DNA of 32,000 nt, from contig OW818668.1 in assembly GCA_942493105.1 (NCBI GenBank), positions 1,320,001-1,352,000 on the forward strand, read 5' to 3'. A program made the position numbers and the translations under genes. Source of the DNA: an uncultured Erysipelotrichaceae bacterium (lineage in GTDB: Bacteria > Bacillota_I > Bacilli_A > Erysipelotrichales > Erysipelotrichaceae). A model generated the notes under the pieces. That model did not search any database. It had not been told where the DNA came from and was given only the letters and a program-made list of their open reading frames with translations. Below, piece after piece: positions 13,554-22,118 of this stretch (its first letter is position 1; each line of letters opens with the position of its first letter).

Positions 13554-14882
13554 ATGAACAAAAACGACATCATATCCGTAGCCGCTAGTGATTATAATGA
13601 ACAAGCCTATGCGGTGTGTAAACATGAAGGTTTTGTGGTGTTCGTCAAAGACATGATGATCGGTGAAGTTGCGGAAGTTCGCATCGAAAAAGTCAGTGAA
13701 CGTCATGCGTATGGACGCATCCAAACACTGATTGAACCCAGTATATATAGAATTAATCCCAGATGTCCGATCGCTGCTAAGTGTGGAGGATGTCAGATTC
13801 AACATATGGATCCTCAAGCACAACTCAAATTTAAGAAGAATCACGTTGTGAGTCTTTTTAAGCGCAATTTAAATATGGAGATTGATCCAGTCATCCATAG
13901 TATGGATGATCCATGGTTCTATCGAAATAAAACTCAGGTTCCTTTTGAGATCACCAAAAGAACCATCGATTATGGATTCTATAGATCACATACCCATGAC
14001 ATCTTGCCTTTTACAACCTGTTACATCCAATCAGATGATAGTAATAAGATTCTGTTCGACATCAAAGCCTTTTATGATGCGAATGCTATTAAACCTACAG
14101 GACTAAGAACAGTTCTTATTAAGAAAGCTTTCAGTAATGGTGAATTGATGGTGGTATTTGTCAGCCGTAAAGATACATTGCCCAATCAAAAACAATTGAT
14201 TGAAGAGCTTCAACAGAAGCATCCTACAATCAAATCTTTCGTCTTAAATGTTAATACCAGAGAAGACAATGTCGTTTTGGGCGATCGATACATCACCCTC
14301 AGTGGCCAATCGATCATCACAGATCAACTCTCTGATCTGAAGTTTGAAATATCCGCAGCTTCTTTCTTTCAAGTCAATCCAATCCAAGCAGAAAAATTAT
14401 ATGCATCCGCATTAAACTTGGCTCAATTGAAATCCAAAGATACTGTCCTGGATCTGTATTGTGGAATAGGAACAATTGCATTGTTAGCAGCTTCAAAAGT
14501 AAAATCAGTCGTCGGTGTTGAGATCATCAACGATGCGATAGAGGATGCGAAAAGGAATGCAGTTTTAAACAACATTACGAACGTTTCGTGGATGTGTATG
14601 GACGCATCACAAGCCGTTGATACGATCATTGAGAATAAAACCAAGATTGATGTGTTGATCGTAGATCCTCCTCGTAAAGGACTGGATGAATCAACCCGCA
14701 AAGCCATCTTGAAATTGAAACCTTTAAAAGTTGTCTATGTATCCTGTGATCCAGGAACTTTAGTTCGTGATCTTAAGATCTTCTCAGAATCATATACCAT
14801 TGAACAAGTTGAACTCACAGATATGTTTCCACAGACTATACACGTTGAGACAGTGGTATTGATGTCAAAACGGATGATTTAG
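13554..14882 (+). CDS. rlmCD: 23S rRNA (uracil-C5)-methyltransferase, RumA/RlmCD family (TRAM + 4Fe-4S + SAM MTase)
   Basis: N-terminal TRAM-like fold (GEVAEVRIEKVSERHAYGRI). Cys cluster CPIAAKCGGCQIQH. SAM motif VLDLYCGIGTIAL, plus DPPRKG and YVSCDPGTLVRD. Confidence 0.85.
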   Translation: MNKNDIISVAASDYNEQAYAVCKHEGFVVFVKDMMIGEVAEVRIEKVSERHAYGRIQTLIEPSIYRINPRCPIAAKCGGCQIQHMDPQAQLKFKKNHVVSLFKRNLNMEIDPVIHSMDDPWFYRNKTQVPFEITKRTIDYGFYRSHTHDILPFTTCYIQSDDSNKILFDIKAFYDANAIKPTGLRTVLIKKAFSNGELMVVFVSRKDTLPNQKQLIEELQQKHPTIKSFVLNVNTREDNVVLGDRYITLSGQSIITDQLSDLKFEISAASFFQVNPIQAEKLYASALNLAQLKSKDTVLDLYCGIGTIALLAASKVKSVVGVEIINDAIEDAKRNAVLNNITNVSWMCMDASQAVDTIIENKTKIDVLIVDPPRKGLDESTRKAILKLKPLKVVYVSCDPGTLVRDLKIFSESYTIEQVELTDMFPQTIHVETVVLMSKRMI

Positions 14883-14998
14883 TTTACGATCTCAAATGAT
14901 ATCTTGATTGACTAGATAAAAGTATGCAAACTATAGATCGAGCTATCAGAATCAAATTAAACAATTGAGAAAGAATAATAATCACTGATAAACAAATT

Positions 14999-15026
14999 AG
15001 ATTCATTTATAAGATAAAGTGAATCT
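14999..15026. repeat. Imperfect inverted repeat upstream of the first accessory gene
   Basis: AGATTCATTTAT (14999-15010), AAG, ATAAAGTGAATCT (15014-15026). The arms are complementary except for one bulged G (15019). Confidence 0.4.
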
Positions 15027-15070
15027 GTGATAGAAATAGATATTGCGATTTATAAGGGGAGAATTGAAGT

Positions 15071-15664
15071 ATGGACATTGTTAAGAGTGTTTTATCAATT
15101 TTCCTATTACAAGTACTTATTTTTGGTGTCATCTACTTTAGAAAATTCGCGTACTTGTTGATGACGAAGGCTTGTTTTAATGAGAAAGATATAAACAAGA
15201 AGGAATTGCGTTACGTTTTTTTGATGGGTGCTTTGGTTTTTTTTGAATTCCCAGTGTTTATCATGTTGACTAATCCTCTTGTGTATCTCGAGAATGGTCC
15301 AATTTCAAGATTGCCATTATGGATTTACCAGAGTTTATTCTTAATCCCAGGTTTGATCATTTTTATAGGGTTATCTATCTATTCTTATCGAGAAGCTAAA
15401 AAAGGTTTCTATCCATATTTCCTTGATGCAAACGGGAAGTCTACTTGGTCTGAAAGATTTGAAGTAATGTCAAGTCTATTTTATTCAATGTTTATCTCTG
15501 GAAATATTTTTACTTTATTGGATCATTTATTGGTTCTATATGAGTACTCTATTTATCTTGGAATATTGATGAGTATATGTATGGTGGGTTTAGGTTATAT
15601 TGGATTTATCATTTTGCATCGCTTATTACGCGGTAAACAAGAACATATATTAAAATCATATTAA
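15071..15664 (+). CDS. Hypothetical polytopic membrane protein (about five hydrophobic segments)
   Basis: 197-aa ORF with SD AGGGGAG at 15055-15061. Strongly hydrophobic and AT-rich in codon usage. No family recognised. Confidence 0.6.
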   Translation: MDIVKSVLSIFLLQVLIFGVIYFRKFAYLLMTKACFNEKDINKKELRYVFLMGALVFFEFPVFIMLTNPLVYLENGPISRLPLWIYQSLFLIPGLIIFIGLSIYSYREAKKGFYPYFLDANGKSTWSERFEVMSSLFYSMFISGNIFTLLDHLLVLYEYSIYLGILMSICMVGLGYIGFIILHRLLRGKQEHILKSY

Positions 15665-15697
15665 TGGATGAGGGATTGCTAGTGTTGATGTATTAGG

Positions 15698-16213
15698 ATG
15701 GTAAGGCTTTCAATATGGAGGGTGTTGTTTATTCAACAAAATATAACGATGAACATTTATGAATATCAACGACCTGTCGGTAAGATTCTGGACAATCCAG
15801 AATTGAGATCAGAATTTATTAGACTATATGACACAAAAAGTCATAAAGAGATTGCTATGTTTAGTATGGCTTATGGTAAACATCTTCAAAGGATAACTGC
15901 TTATCCTGAAGACATTGAAATCCAAGCCGCCTTTATTGCCATACAGAGATGGCTTGATGGTTTAACGAACTATCATGAAGCACGTAATTTGAGTAATGAC
16001 ATTCATACTTTAGCTCGAAACGAAAGCAACTTTATTAAGGCGCGATATTATCGGACGATGGCACAGATGGCAGCTGTAACACATGTTAAATATCACGGTT
16101 TGTGGATGACTGACTTCGCAATCACACTTATCAATCGTATGTTCCCAAATGATGAAAGTGCTGTAATGTATGAGCGACAAAATCAAATAGAAATGTTAGA
16201 AAAGATTGTTTGA
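15698..16213 (+). CDS. Hypothetical all-helical soluble protein (possibly Imm-5-like putative immunity family); start uncertain
   Basis: 171-aa ORF. The segment AFIAIQRWLDGLTNYHEARNLSNDIHTLARN...YRTMAQMAAVTHVKYHGLWMTDFAITLI reminds me of the helical 'putative immunity protein' family, but that is memory only. ATG 15698 and ATG 15749 both lack a well-spaced SD (GGAGG at 15717-15721). Confidence 0.5.
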   Translation: MVRLSIWRVLFIQQNITMNIYEYQRPVGKILDNPELRSEFIRLYDTKSHKEIAMFSMAYGKHLQRITAYPEDIEIQAAFIAIQRWLDGLTNYHEARNLSNDIHTLARNESNFIKARYYRTMAQMAAVTHVKYHGLWMTDFAITLINRMFPNDESAVMYERQNQIEMLEKIV

Positions 16214-16327
16214 GCATAATATCTAAACATTGAGATATTGTTCGATATAATTGTTGACAAATGTAGATATTGAAATCATCTTAACAGAAAAATGAACGAA
16301 TCTGATGAACGAGAAAAGGAGCCTAGA

Positions 16328-16648
16328 ATGAAAAAACGAATGATTCAATCTTTGATTGGTGGTGCTTTATTGGGAGTTGTTTGTGTGGTTGGTGCGTCAG
16401 TTCGATCTGGTTTTACAGCTTCACCTATTTTTATCTTTGCACTATGGTATAACCGAGTGATCATAGGTTTGGCTATTGGTGCTCCTTGGCCAAAAACCAA
16501 TCGAAATCAAGCTTTGCTTAGAGGAGCGATACTTGGCCTTATGGTTTCTTTTGCTTTCTATAGTGCAACTAATTTCCAAGATCCGGTTAGTTTTATTGCC
16601 GGAATCGTTTATGGAGTAATTCTAGAGGCTTGGTTTAGCCGAAAATAA
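16328..16648 (+). CDS. Hypothetical small membrane protein (about four hydrophobic segments, 106 aa)
   Basis: SD AAGGAG at 16316-16321 lies 6 nt before ATG 16328, which I preferred over the ORF-track start 16292. The sequence begins MKKRMIQSLIGGALLGVVCVVGASV. No family recognised. Confidence 0.6.
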   Translation: MKKRMIQSLIGGALLGVVCVVGASVRSGFTASPIFIFALWYNRVIIGLAIGAPWPKTNRNQALLRGAILGLMVSFAFYSATNFQDPVSFIAGIVYGVILEAWFSRK

Positions 16649-16697
16649 ATGTTTTAGGATAAGTTTTAACTAGAATTATGCATTATTTTGTCTTGCA

Positions 16698-16712
16698 GAA
16701 ACCAATGGTTTC
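16698..16712. repeat. Perfect 15-bp palindrome GAAACCAATGGTTTC in a 348-bp non-coding gap
   Basis: 7-bp arms GAAACCA/TGGTTTC around a central A. Read directly from the sequence. Confidence 0.5.
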
Positions 16713-16996
16713 ATATCAGAACCAAACAGAATTGCATTATACTTGTCTAAATCTTTACTTAAATGAGTCTTTCGCAGCATTAGCCATGCAACGTGTCAAC
16801 ATTCAACTTGTCCCAGTATTACTAGATCCATATTGTAGAACACTATTTGTAACTGATTTTTATTCTAAAAGAAGCATACAACTTTATGATTATGGAATAC
16901 GTCTGATAAAAAAACTTGCTGTAAAATCAAACTAAACAAACAATAATCATGTGCTAGGTTAGAGGTTTACACAAGAGTGAGATAGGAAGCAAGATC

Positions 16997-17887
16997 ATGA
17001 CCAGTTTTGAGAGTAAAGCATTGAGTACCATATTACGTATTTCTAACATCAAAAATACTTTTGATTATGTTTTGGATAAAAAAAGCGACAGTCATGAAGA
17101 AACAAATGATGTCCCAAAAAAACTATATTCAAAATTTATTGTAGAGAGAAATCTGGTGAATGGAAGAAACGTATTCACTATATCACCAAAAATTAATAAA
17201 AATCCAACCCATATTCTTTATCTTCATGGAGGTGCTTATATCCATGGATTTAAAAATTTTCATTGGGATTTGATAGATAAAATGATACTTTCAACAAACT
17301 GTACTGTTGTTGCCCCGGATTATCCATTAGCTCCAAATTATACTTATCTAGATTCTTATGAGATGGTAATGCCTATATATCAAAACCTTGTCTTAAAAGT
17401 TGGTGGTAAAAATATTATTCTTATGGGTGATTCATCTGGCGGGGGATTTGCGTTGGCTTTAGCACAGAAGATAAGAGATGAAAAATTAGAAAATGCTCAT
17501 CAAATCATTCTATTGTCCCCATGGCTTGATGTGTCAATGGAAAACAGAGATATGTTGGCGATAGAACCACAAGATCCGATATTAAGTATCAATGGATTAA
17601 AAAGAGCTGCGAAAGCTTATGCAGGAGAGACTCAACTTCAGCATCCCTTATTAAGTCCAATATATGGATCATTTGAAGGTTTGGGGAAAATAAGTGTCTT
17701 TATTGGAACTCATGATATCTTAATAGTAGACGCACGTAAGTTTAAAAAGATCACAGAAGAAAAACACATAAAAATCAATTATGTAGAAGTTGAAGATATG
17801 ATACATGATTGGATGTTTTTTAATCTTCCAGAGTCTAAATCTGTCATACAAGAAATCATTGGACTTGTTGATTCACCAGGGATATAA
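16997..17887 (+). CDS. Alpha/beta hydrolase fold-3 esterase/lipase (HSL family)
   Basis: Oxyanion motif LHGGAY, nucleophile elbow GDSSGG, and the late GTHDIL (Asp) and IHDW (His). SD AGGAAG at 16984-16989. Confidence 0.8.
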   Translation: MTSFESKALSTILRISNIKNTFDYVLDKKSDSHEETNDVPKKLYSKFIVERNLVNGRNVFTISPKINKNPTHILYLHGGAYIHGFKNFHWDLIDKMILSTNCTVVAPDYPLAPNYTYLDSYEMVMPIYQNLVLKVGGKNIILMGDSSGGGFALALAQKIRDEKLENAHQIILLSPWLDVSMENRDMLAIEPQDPILSINGLKRAAKAYAGETQLQHPLLSPIYGSFEGLGKISVFIGTHDILIVDARKFKKITEEKHIKINYVEVEDMIHDWMFFNLPESKSVIQEIIGLVDSPGI

Positions 17888-18015
17888 ATCATTTTAAAAA
17901 TAGTAGTTTTGGTATAAAAACGTCCGATTTTTCTTGCATCTTATCGTGTGCAAGAACCTTTGTAATGAATTATGCCATAAACGGTCAATAATTTAGTAAA
18001 TTTCTTGATAATTCC

Positions 18016-18045
18016 TTGTTGTAATAAGGGTTTTAGGAGTATAAT
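18016..18045 (+). promoter_or_regulatory. Candidate sigma-A promoter giving a ~200-nt leader for the 18259 gene
   Basis: TTGTTG (18016-18021), 18-nt spacer, TATAAT (18040-18045). Confidence 0.35.
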
Positions 18046-18258
18046 AGCGCAAAGGAAATATTTTTTCGAACATTATAAATAAGAGATCTATAGGCATTTA
18101 TAACAGATGATCGCGATATCTTTAAACCTTGTTCAGTGGGGTAGACTGACAGGATGTTGGAGGAATCGTTTGGGGAAGAGATTCTAGTACATCTCCATTT
18201 ATCGTGTCAAATCATCCTTTTAATTATTCCGTGATTCAAAAAGGGAAATGGGAGGACT

Positions 18259-18744
18259 ATGGATTCTTTAAATAAGGAAATTAAGGAATATACTTTACAA
18301 TTAAGTCAAGGCCATATTCAGAAGGCTTATCGAGGAATATTATCTTTTATATCTGAACTAAGGACCCAACTTGAGCGAAATCATCCTGATTATACATTAA
18401 GTGCGATGTATACAGGTTATATGGATATGAGCTACTTTGCCTTCACACCATTAGACTTAAAACGCAAGAAACTGAAGATTGCTATTGTGTATCTTCATGC
18501 GGAAAATCGATTTGAAGTATGGCTAAGTGGAACCAATCGTCAAATACAAGCTGAAGTGATTGAAATTTTACGTGAGAAAGATGTAAAACAATTTAAATTG
18601 TCTGAAGTTGGACCAGGCATTGATTCAATCATTGAATATCCAATCATTAAGAAACCGAATTTCAATAAACCTGAACAATTGAAGCAACAAATTGAAATCA
18701 ATTCATTGCTCTTCATCAAAGAGATGGAGAAATTGCTTAAGTAA
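18259..18744 (+). CDS. Hypothetical soluble protein, 161 aa
   Basis: SD GGAGG at 18251-18255. The translation looks protein-like (…GYMDMSYFAFTPLDLKRKKLKIAIVYLHAENRFEVWLSGTNRQIQ…). I cannot name the family with confidence. Confidence 0.65.
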   Translation: MDSLNKEIKEYTLQLSQGHIQKAYRGILSFISELRTQLERNHPDYTLSAMYTGYMDMSYFAFTPLDLKRKKLKIAIVYLHAENRFEVWLSGTNRQIQAEVIEILREKDVKQFKLSEVGPGIDSIIEYPIIKKPNFNKPEQLKQQIEINSLLFIKEMEKLLK

Positions 18745-18774
18745 GACTGCTATTATGGTTTCTACTATTTTATT

Positions 18775-18793
18775 GAGCCGAAAGGCTTTTTTT
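18775..18793 (+). terminator. Short rho-independent terminator after the 18259 gene
   Basis: GAGCC (18775-18779), GAAA tetraloop, GGCTT, running into a T7 tract (18787-18793). The stem is only 4-5 bp. Confidence 0.45.
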
Positions 18794-18803
18794 ATACATA
18801 GAC

Positions 18804-18832
18804 TTGACGTACATAAAAAACGAGTTTATAAT
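18804..18832 (+). promoter_or_regulatory. cadC-cadA promoter
   Basis: TTGACG (18804-18809), exactly 17-nt spacer, TATAAT (18827-18832). Confidence 0.65.
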
Positions 18833-18837
18833 ATGAA

Positions 18838-18859
18838 CATATGAACAACTATTCATATG
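18838..18859. promoter_or_regulatory. ArsR/SmtB-type (CadC) operator overlapping the predicted transcription start
   Basis: Inverted repeat CATATGAA-caacta-TTCATATG (8-6-8). The core TGAAC-N5-TTCA fits the 12-2-12 SmtB/CadC operator consensus as I remember it. An extra tandem half-site ATATGAAC lies at 18831-18838. Confidence 0.6.
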
Positions 18860-18874
18860 ATATGGAGATATGTG

Positions 18875-19246
18875 ATGGAAAATAACACTGAGATGATTAA
18901 ATGCGATTGTAATGTGATACACCAAGATGTCGTTGATTTGGTTAAACCGAAGATACCTGATCAAGATTCAATTCAAGATCTTTCTCAGTTTTTTAAAGTG
19001 TTTGGAGATGCAACACGTCTAAAAATCCTGTCTGCTTTGTTTGAATCTGAAATGTGTGTTTGCGATATGGCAACTTTATTCAACATGACACAATCTTCAA
19101 TTTCTCATCAACTCATCGTATTGAAACAAGCAAGAATGGTCAAATATCGTAAAGAAGGCAAGGTTGTTTATTATAGCCTTGATGATCAACATATTCAACA
19201 CATCTTTGATCAAGGCTTAACTCATATAAATGAAAACAGAAAGTAG
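18875..19246 (+). CDS. cadC: ArsR/SmtB-family metalloregulator CadC
   Basis: DATRLKILSALFESEMCVCDMATLFNMTQSSISHQL is the HTH with the CVC metal site. An N-terminal Cys pair (KCDC) fits the alpha3N type. It sits directly upstream of cadA. SD GGAG at 18864-18867, so ATG 18875 is preferred over 18857. Confidence 0.85.
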   Translation: MENNTEMIKCDCNVIHQDVVDLVKPKIPDQDSIQDLSQFFKVFGDATRLKILSALFESEMCVCDMATLFNMTQSSISHQLIVLKQARMVKYRKEGKVVYYSLDDQHIQHIFDQGLTHINENRK

Positions 19247-19252
19247 ATCCCA

Positions 19253-21352
19253 ATGACTAAAAACACCACCACCATCATACTTGATGGGTTAGATTGTGCC
19301 AATTGTGCACTAAAAATTGAAGCGGCTGTAAACAAGATCGAAGGTGTATCGCATGCATCCTTAGATTTTACGACCCAAAAATTAAAAGTCGAATATATCA
19401 GTTCGTTGGAACCCAAGATTATAGAATTGGCTACCGCTGAAGTCTTAAGAATTGAACCTGATATTAATGTACATCTTGATGGGCAAGTCAAAGTGCAGAC
19501 TCAAAAGAAATGGATTAATAAACATGTAGGATGGTTAAGTGGGACATTGATTTTTGGGATCGTTACGATACTTGAACTCAATGAAACCCTTGAACTGATT
19601 TTATATGGTTTTAGTTATCTATTAATTGGTTATGATGTATTGGCTATTGCGATTAAAAATACGATTCATGGACAAATGTTTGATGAAAATTTTCTGATGA
19701 GTATTGCGACAATTGGTGCTTTTGCGATTGGACAATATCCTGAAGGGGTTGCGGTCATGCTGTTTTACAAGATCGGTGAGTTATTTCAAAACTCTGCACT
19801 TGATCATTCCCGTAAATCAATCTCATCCTTGATGGATATTCGGCCTGATGTTGCCAATGTCGATCGAGGCCAAGGTTTCATCAAAGTATCTCCACTCAGT
19901 GTTCAGATTGGTGAAGTGATCTTAATTAAAAGTGGCGAAAAGGTGCCTCTTGATGGAGTTGTCATTGAAGGTCATTCCTTTTTAGATACATCATCGATTA
20001 CTGGAGAATCTCTACCTAAAGAAGTTAATGTGGGTCAAGAAATATATTCTGGAACCATCAATAAAACAGGTGTATTAAAAGTTGAAGTCACAAAGTTATA
20101 TCAAGATTCAACGGTTTCTAAAATTTTAGATCTTGTTGAAAATGCAAGCAGTAAAAAAGCTCCCACTGAACAATTTATTTCTAAGTTTGCCAGAGTGTAT
20201 ACACCGATTGTTGTGTTTAGCGCAGTAGCATTGGCACTTATTCCACCTTTAGTTATTCCTGGCGCATTATTTCAGGATTGGCTTTATAGAGCCTTGGTTT
20301 TTCTTGTTGTATCTTGTCCTTGTGCTTTGGTGATTTCCATTCCATTAAGTTATTTTGGAGGAATAGGCAGTGCATCAAAACATGGAATTTTGATGAAAGG
20401 CGGGAATTATCTAGAGGCACTTCAATCGATCGATACACTCGTTTTTGATAAAACCGGTACTTTAACGAAAGGTCGCTTTGCAGTAACGAAAATCAACTCA
20501 TTATCAAACTATACTCAAAATGATATCTTGAAAGCTGCGGCTTTAGCTGAAAGTCAATCTAATCATCCCATTGCGTTATCAATTGTAAAAGCATTTGGAA
20601 AAGTCGATCAGAGTGTGATTAAATCTGTGGAAGAAGTTTCAGGTTTAGGACTAAAGGTCATCACGCTTGATCAATCCATTATGGTTGGTAGTGAGAAATT
20701 TATGAACCAAAATGGATTCTCTATTGAATCACAAGATTTAGATCAAACCATGGTTCATGTATCCATCGATGGAACATATGCAGGGTATGTGATGATAGAA
20801 GATGAACTTAAAACAGATGCAGTTGAGTCAATCAAAAAATTAAAAGAATTAGGTATCCCAAGAATCGTCATGTTGACAGGGGATAGTGATCGCGTAGGTA
20901 AAAGAATTGCCCAACAACTAGGTATCGATGAAGTCTATACAGAATTGATGCCTCATCACAAGGTCGAAAAAGTTGAATGGTTAGAAGAACATAAGAAAAC
21001 TAAAGGTAAGTTGGTGTTTGTAGGAGATGGTATCAATGATGCCCCAGTTCTAACAAGGGCTGATGTAGGTATCGCTATGGGGGCATTAGGATCTGATGCT
21101 GCGATCGAAGCCGCGGATGTTGTTCTAATGACAGATGAACCTTTAAAGATCGTGTCAGCCATACATTTGGCTCGCTTTACGCAAAAAATCGTTTGGCAAA
21201 ACATTATTTTAGCCTTTGTAGTCAAAGGATTTGTTCTGCTTTTAGGAGCAGGCGGTTTAGCAACCATGTGGGAAGCAGTTTTTGCAGATGTTGGAGTAGC
21301 TTTATTGGCTGTGTTCAATGCATTAAGGATCCTTAATCGTAAATTCGATTAA
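19253..21352 (+). CDS. cadA: Cd2+/Zn2+/Pb2+-translocating P1B-type ATPase
   Basis: N-terminal HMA domain with GLDCANC, membrane CPC motif (VSCPCALVIS), phosphorylation site DKTGTLT, SNHP and hinge GDGINDAP. Confidence 0.9.
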   Translation: MTKNTTTIILDGLDCANCALKIEAAVNKIEGVSHASLDFTTQKLKVEYISSLEPKIIELATAEVLRIEPDINVHLDGQVKVQTQKKWINKHVGWLSGTLIFGIVTILELNETLELILYGFSYLLIGYDVLAIAIKNTIHGQMFDENFLMSIATIGAFAIGQYPEGVAVMLFYKIGELFQNSALDHSRKSISSLMDIRPDVANVDRGQGFIKVSPLSVQIGEVILIKSGEKVPLDGVVIEGHSFLDTSSITGESLPKEVNVGQEIYSGTINKTGVLKVEVTKLYQDSTVSKILDLVENASSKKAPTEQFISKFARVYTPIVVFSAVALALIPPLVIPGALFQDWLYRALVFLVVSCPCALVISIPLSYFGGIGSASKHGILMKGGNYLEALQSIDTLVFDKTGTLTKGRFAVTKINSLSNYTQNDILKAAALAESQSNHPIALSIVKAFGKVDQSVIKSVEEVSGLGLKVITLDQSIMVGSEKFMNQNGFSIESQDLDQTMVHVSIDGTYAGYVMIEDELKTDAVESIKKLKELGIPRIVMLTGDSDRVGKRIAQQLGIDEVYTELMPHHKVEKVEWLEEHKKTKGKLVFVGDGINDAPVLTRADVGIAMGALGSDAAIEAADVVLMTDEPLKIVSAIHLARFTQKIVWQNIILAFVVKGFVLLLGAGGLATMWEAVFADVGVALLAVFNALRILNRKFD

Positions 21353-21370
21353 GAACCAAGGGGATGTCTC

Positions 21371-22048
21371 ATGAAGAAATGGTTCGCACTTAGTTTTGAC
21401 GATGGAACACAGAATGATAAACGACTTGTAAAGCTGCTTGATCACTATCAAGTCAGAGCCACTTTTCATTTAAATGGTGGCTTGATACCTTTGCTTGATC
21501 AAACAAGTGAAAACGACAGACTTTCGCTAAAACAACTTCAGACACTTTATGTTAATCATGAAGTTGCTGCTCATGGATTTACACATCCCGATTTAACTCA
21601 ATTAAGCAATCTTGAGATACGAGATGAACTCATTAAAGATATCGACTTCCTAGATCATTCTTTTAATCAATCAACGCTTGGCTTTGCCTATCCATTTGGT
21701 GTGTATGATGAACTCGTGATTAAACAGCTTAGTCAAACCAAACTTATTTATGCCAGAACCATAGAAGATTCTCATTGTTTTGATGTTCCAAGTGATTTAT
21801 ATCGACTAAATCCTACCTGTCATTGTAAAGCAGATGATCTATTAGATCTTGCTACTCAGTTTGTTCGTTCTGAATCCAATGAAACTCAATTCTTCTTAGT
21901 TTGGGGACACTCAGTAGAGTTTGTGACTGATGAAGATTGGGCTCGTTTTGAAGATTTCCTTAAACTTATATCTCATCAAAAGGATATCTTTTATGGGGCG
22001 ATTCTTGAGTGTATACAACAAATGAAACAAGATGAAAAGAATAACTAA
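21371..22048 (+). CDS. Polysaccharide deacetylase (NodB homology domain) family protein
   Basis: FALSFDDGTQND (motif 1) and AAHGFTHPDL (His-His motif 2). SD AAGGGGA at 21358-21364. It starts 18 nt after the cadA stop with no terminator between. Confidence 0.8.
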   Translation: MKKWFALSFDDGTQNDKRLVKLLDHYQVRATFHLNGGLIPLLDQTSENDRLSLKQLQTLYVNHEVAAHGFTHPDLTQLSNLEIRDELIKDIDFLDHSFNQSTLGFAYPFGVYDELVIKQLSQTKLIYARTIEDSHCFDVPSDLYRLNPTCHCKADDLLDLATQFVRSESNETQFFLVWGHSVEFVTDEDWARFEDFLKLISHQKDIFYGAILECIQQMKQDEKNN

Positions 22049-22086
22049 TCCTAGGTTTTCAACTCACCCTAGCAAAGTGTTGGTCA

Positions 22087-22095
22087 TGTTATAAT
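22087..22095 (+). promoter_or_regulatory. Extended -10 (TGtTATAAT) upstream of the DUF1801 gene
   Basis: TG at 22087-22088 and TATAAT at 22090-22095, followed by SD AAGGAG at 22109-22114. Confidence 0.4.
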
Positions 22096-22118
22096 GGACA
22101 TAAGAATTAAGGAGTCCT

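Noticed and set aside
13434-13844. Long antisense or alternate-frame ORFs inside confirmed genes (for example 13434-13844, 20956-21318, 22419-22799, 24155-24547, 14423-14707, 25308-25502, 27441-27725, 29648-30013)
   Set aside because: These are shadow ORFs opposite or overlapping strongly supported coding sequences. They have biased, low-complexity translations and no translation signals.
15064-15072. A 9-nt match (TTGAAGTAT) at 15064-15072 and 22961-22969, near both borders of the accessory block, as possible att-like direct repeats
   Set aside because: It is too short to be significant in an AT-rich 32-kb window. One copy overlaps a start codon and the other overlaps the -10 of the serC promoter, and no recombinase is present.
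16678-16935. 85-aa plus-strand ORF in the 348-bp gap
   Set aside because: There is no SD upstream (…aactagaattATG) and no recognisable family or hydrophobic/structural pattern. I kept it only as part of the non-coding-gap finding.
18174-18210. Hairpin AGAGAUUCUAGUACAUCUC resembling the P1 stem-loop of the B. subtilis preQ1-I riboswitch (AGAGGUUCUAGCUACACCCUCU)
   Set aside because: The 3' tail is not the conserved A-rich AAAAAACUA segment, so there is no pseudoknot partner for the loop. The downstream gene also has no link to queuosine. The resemblance is probably coincidental.
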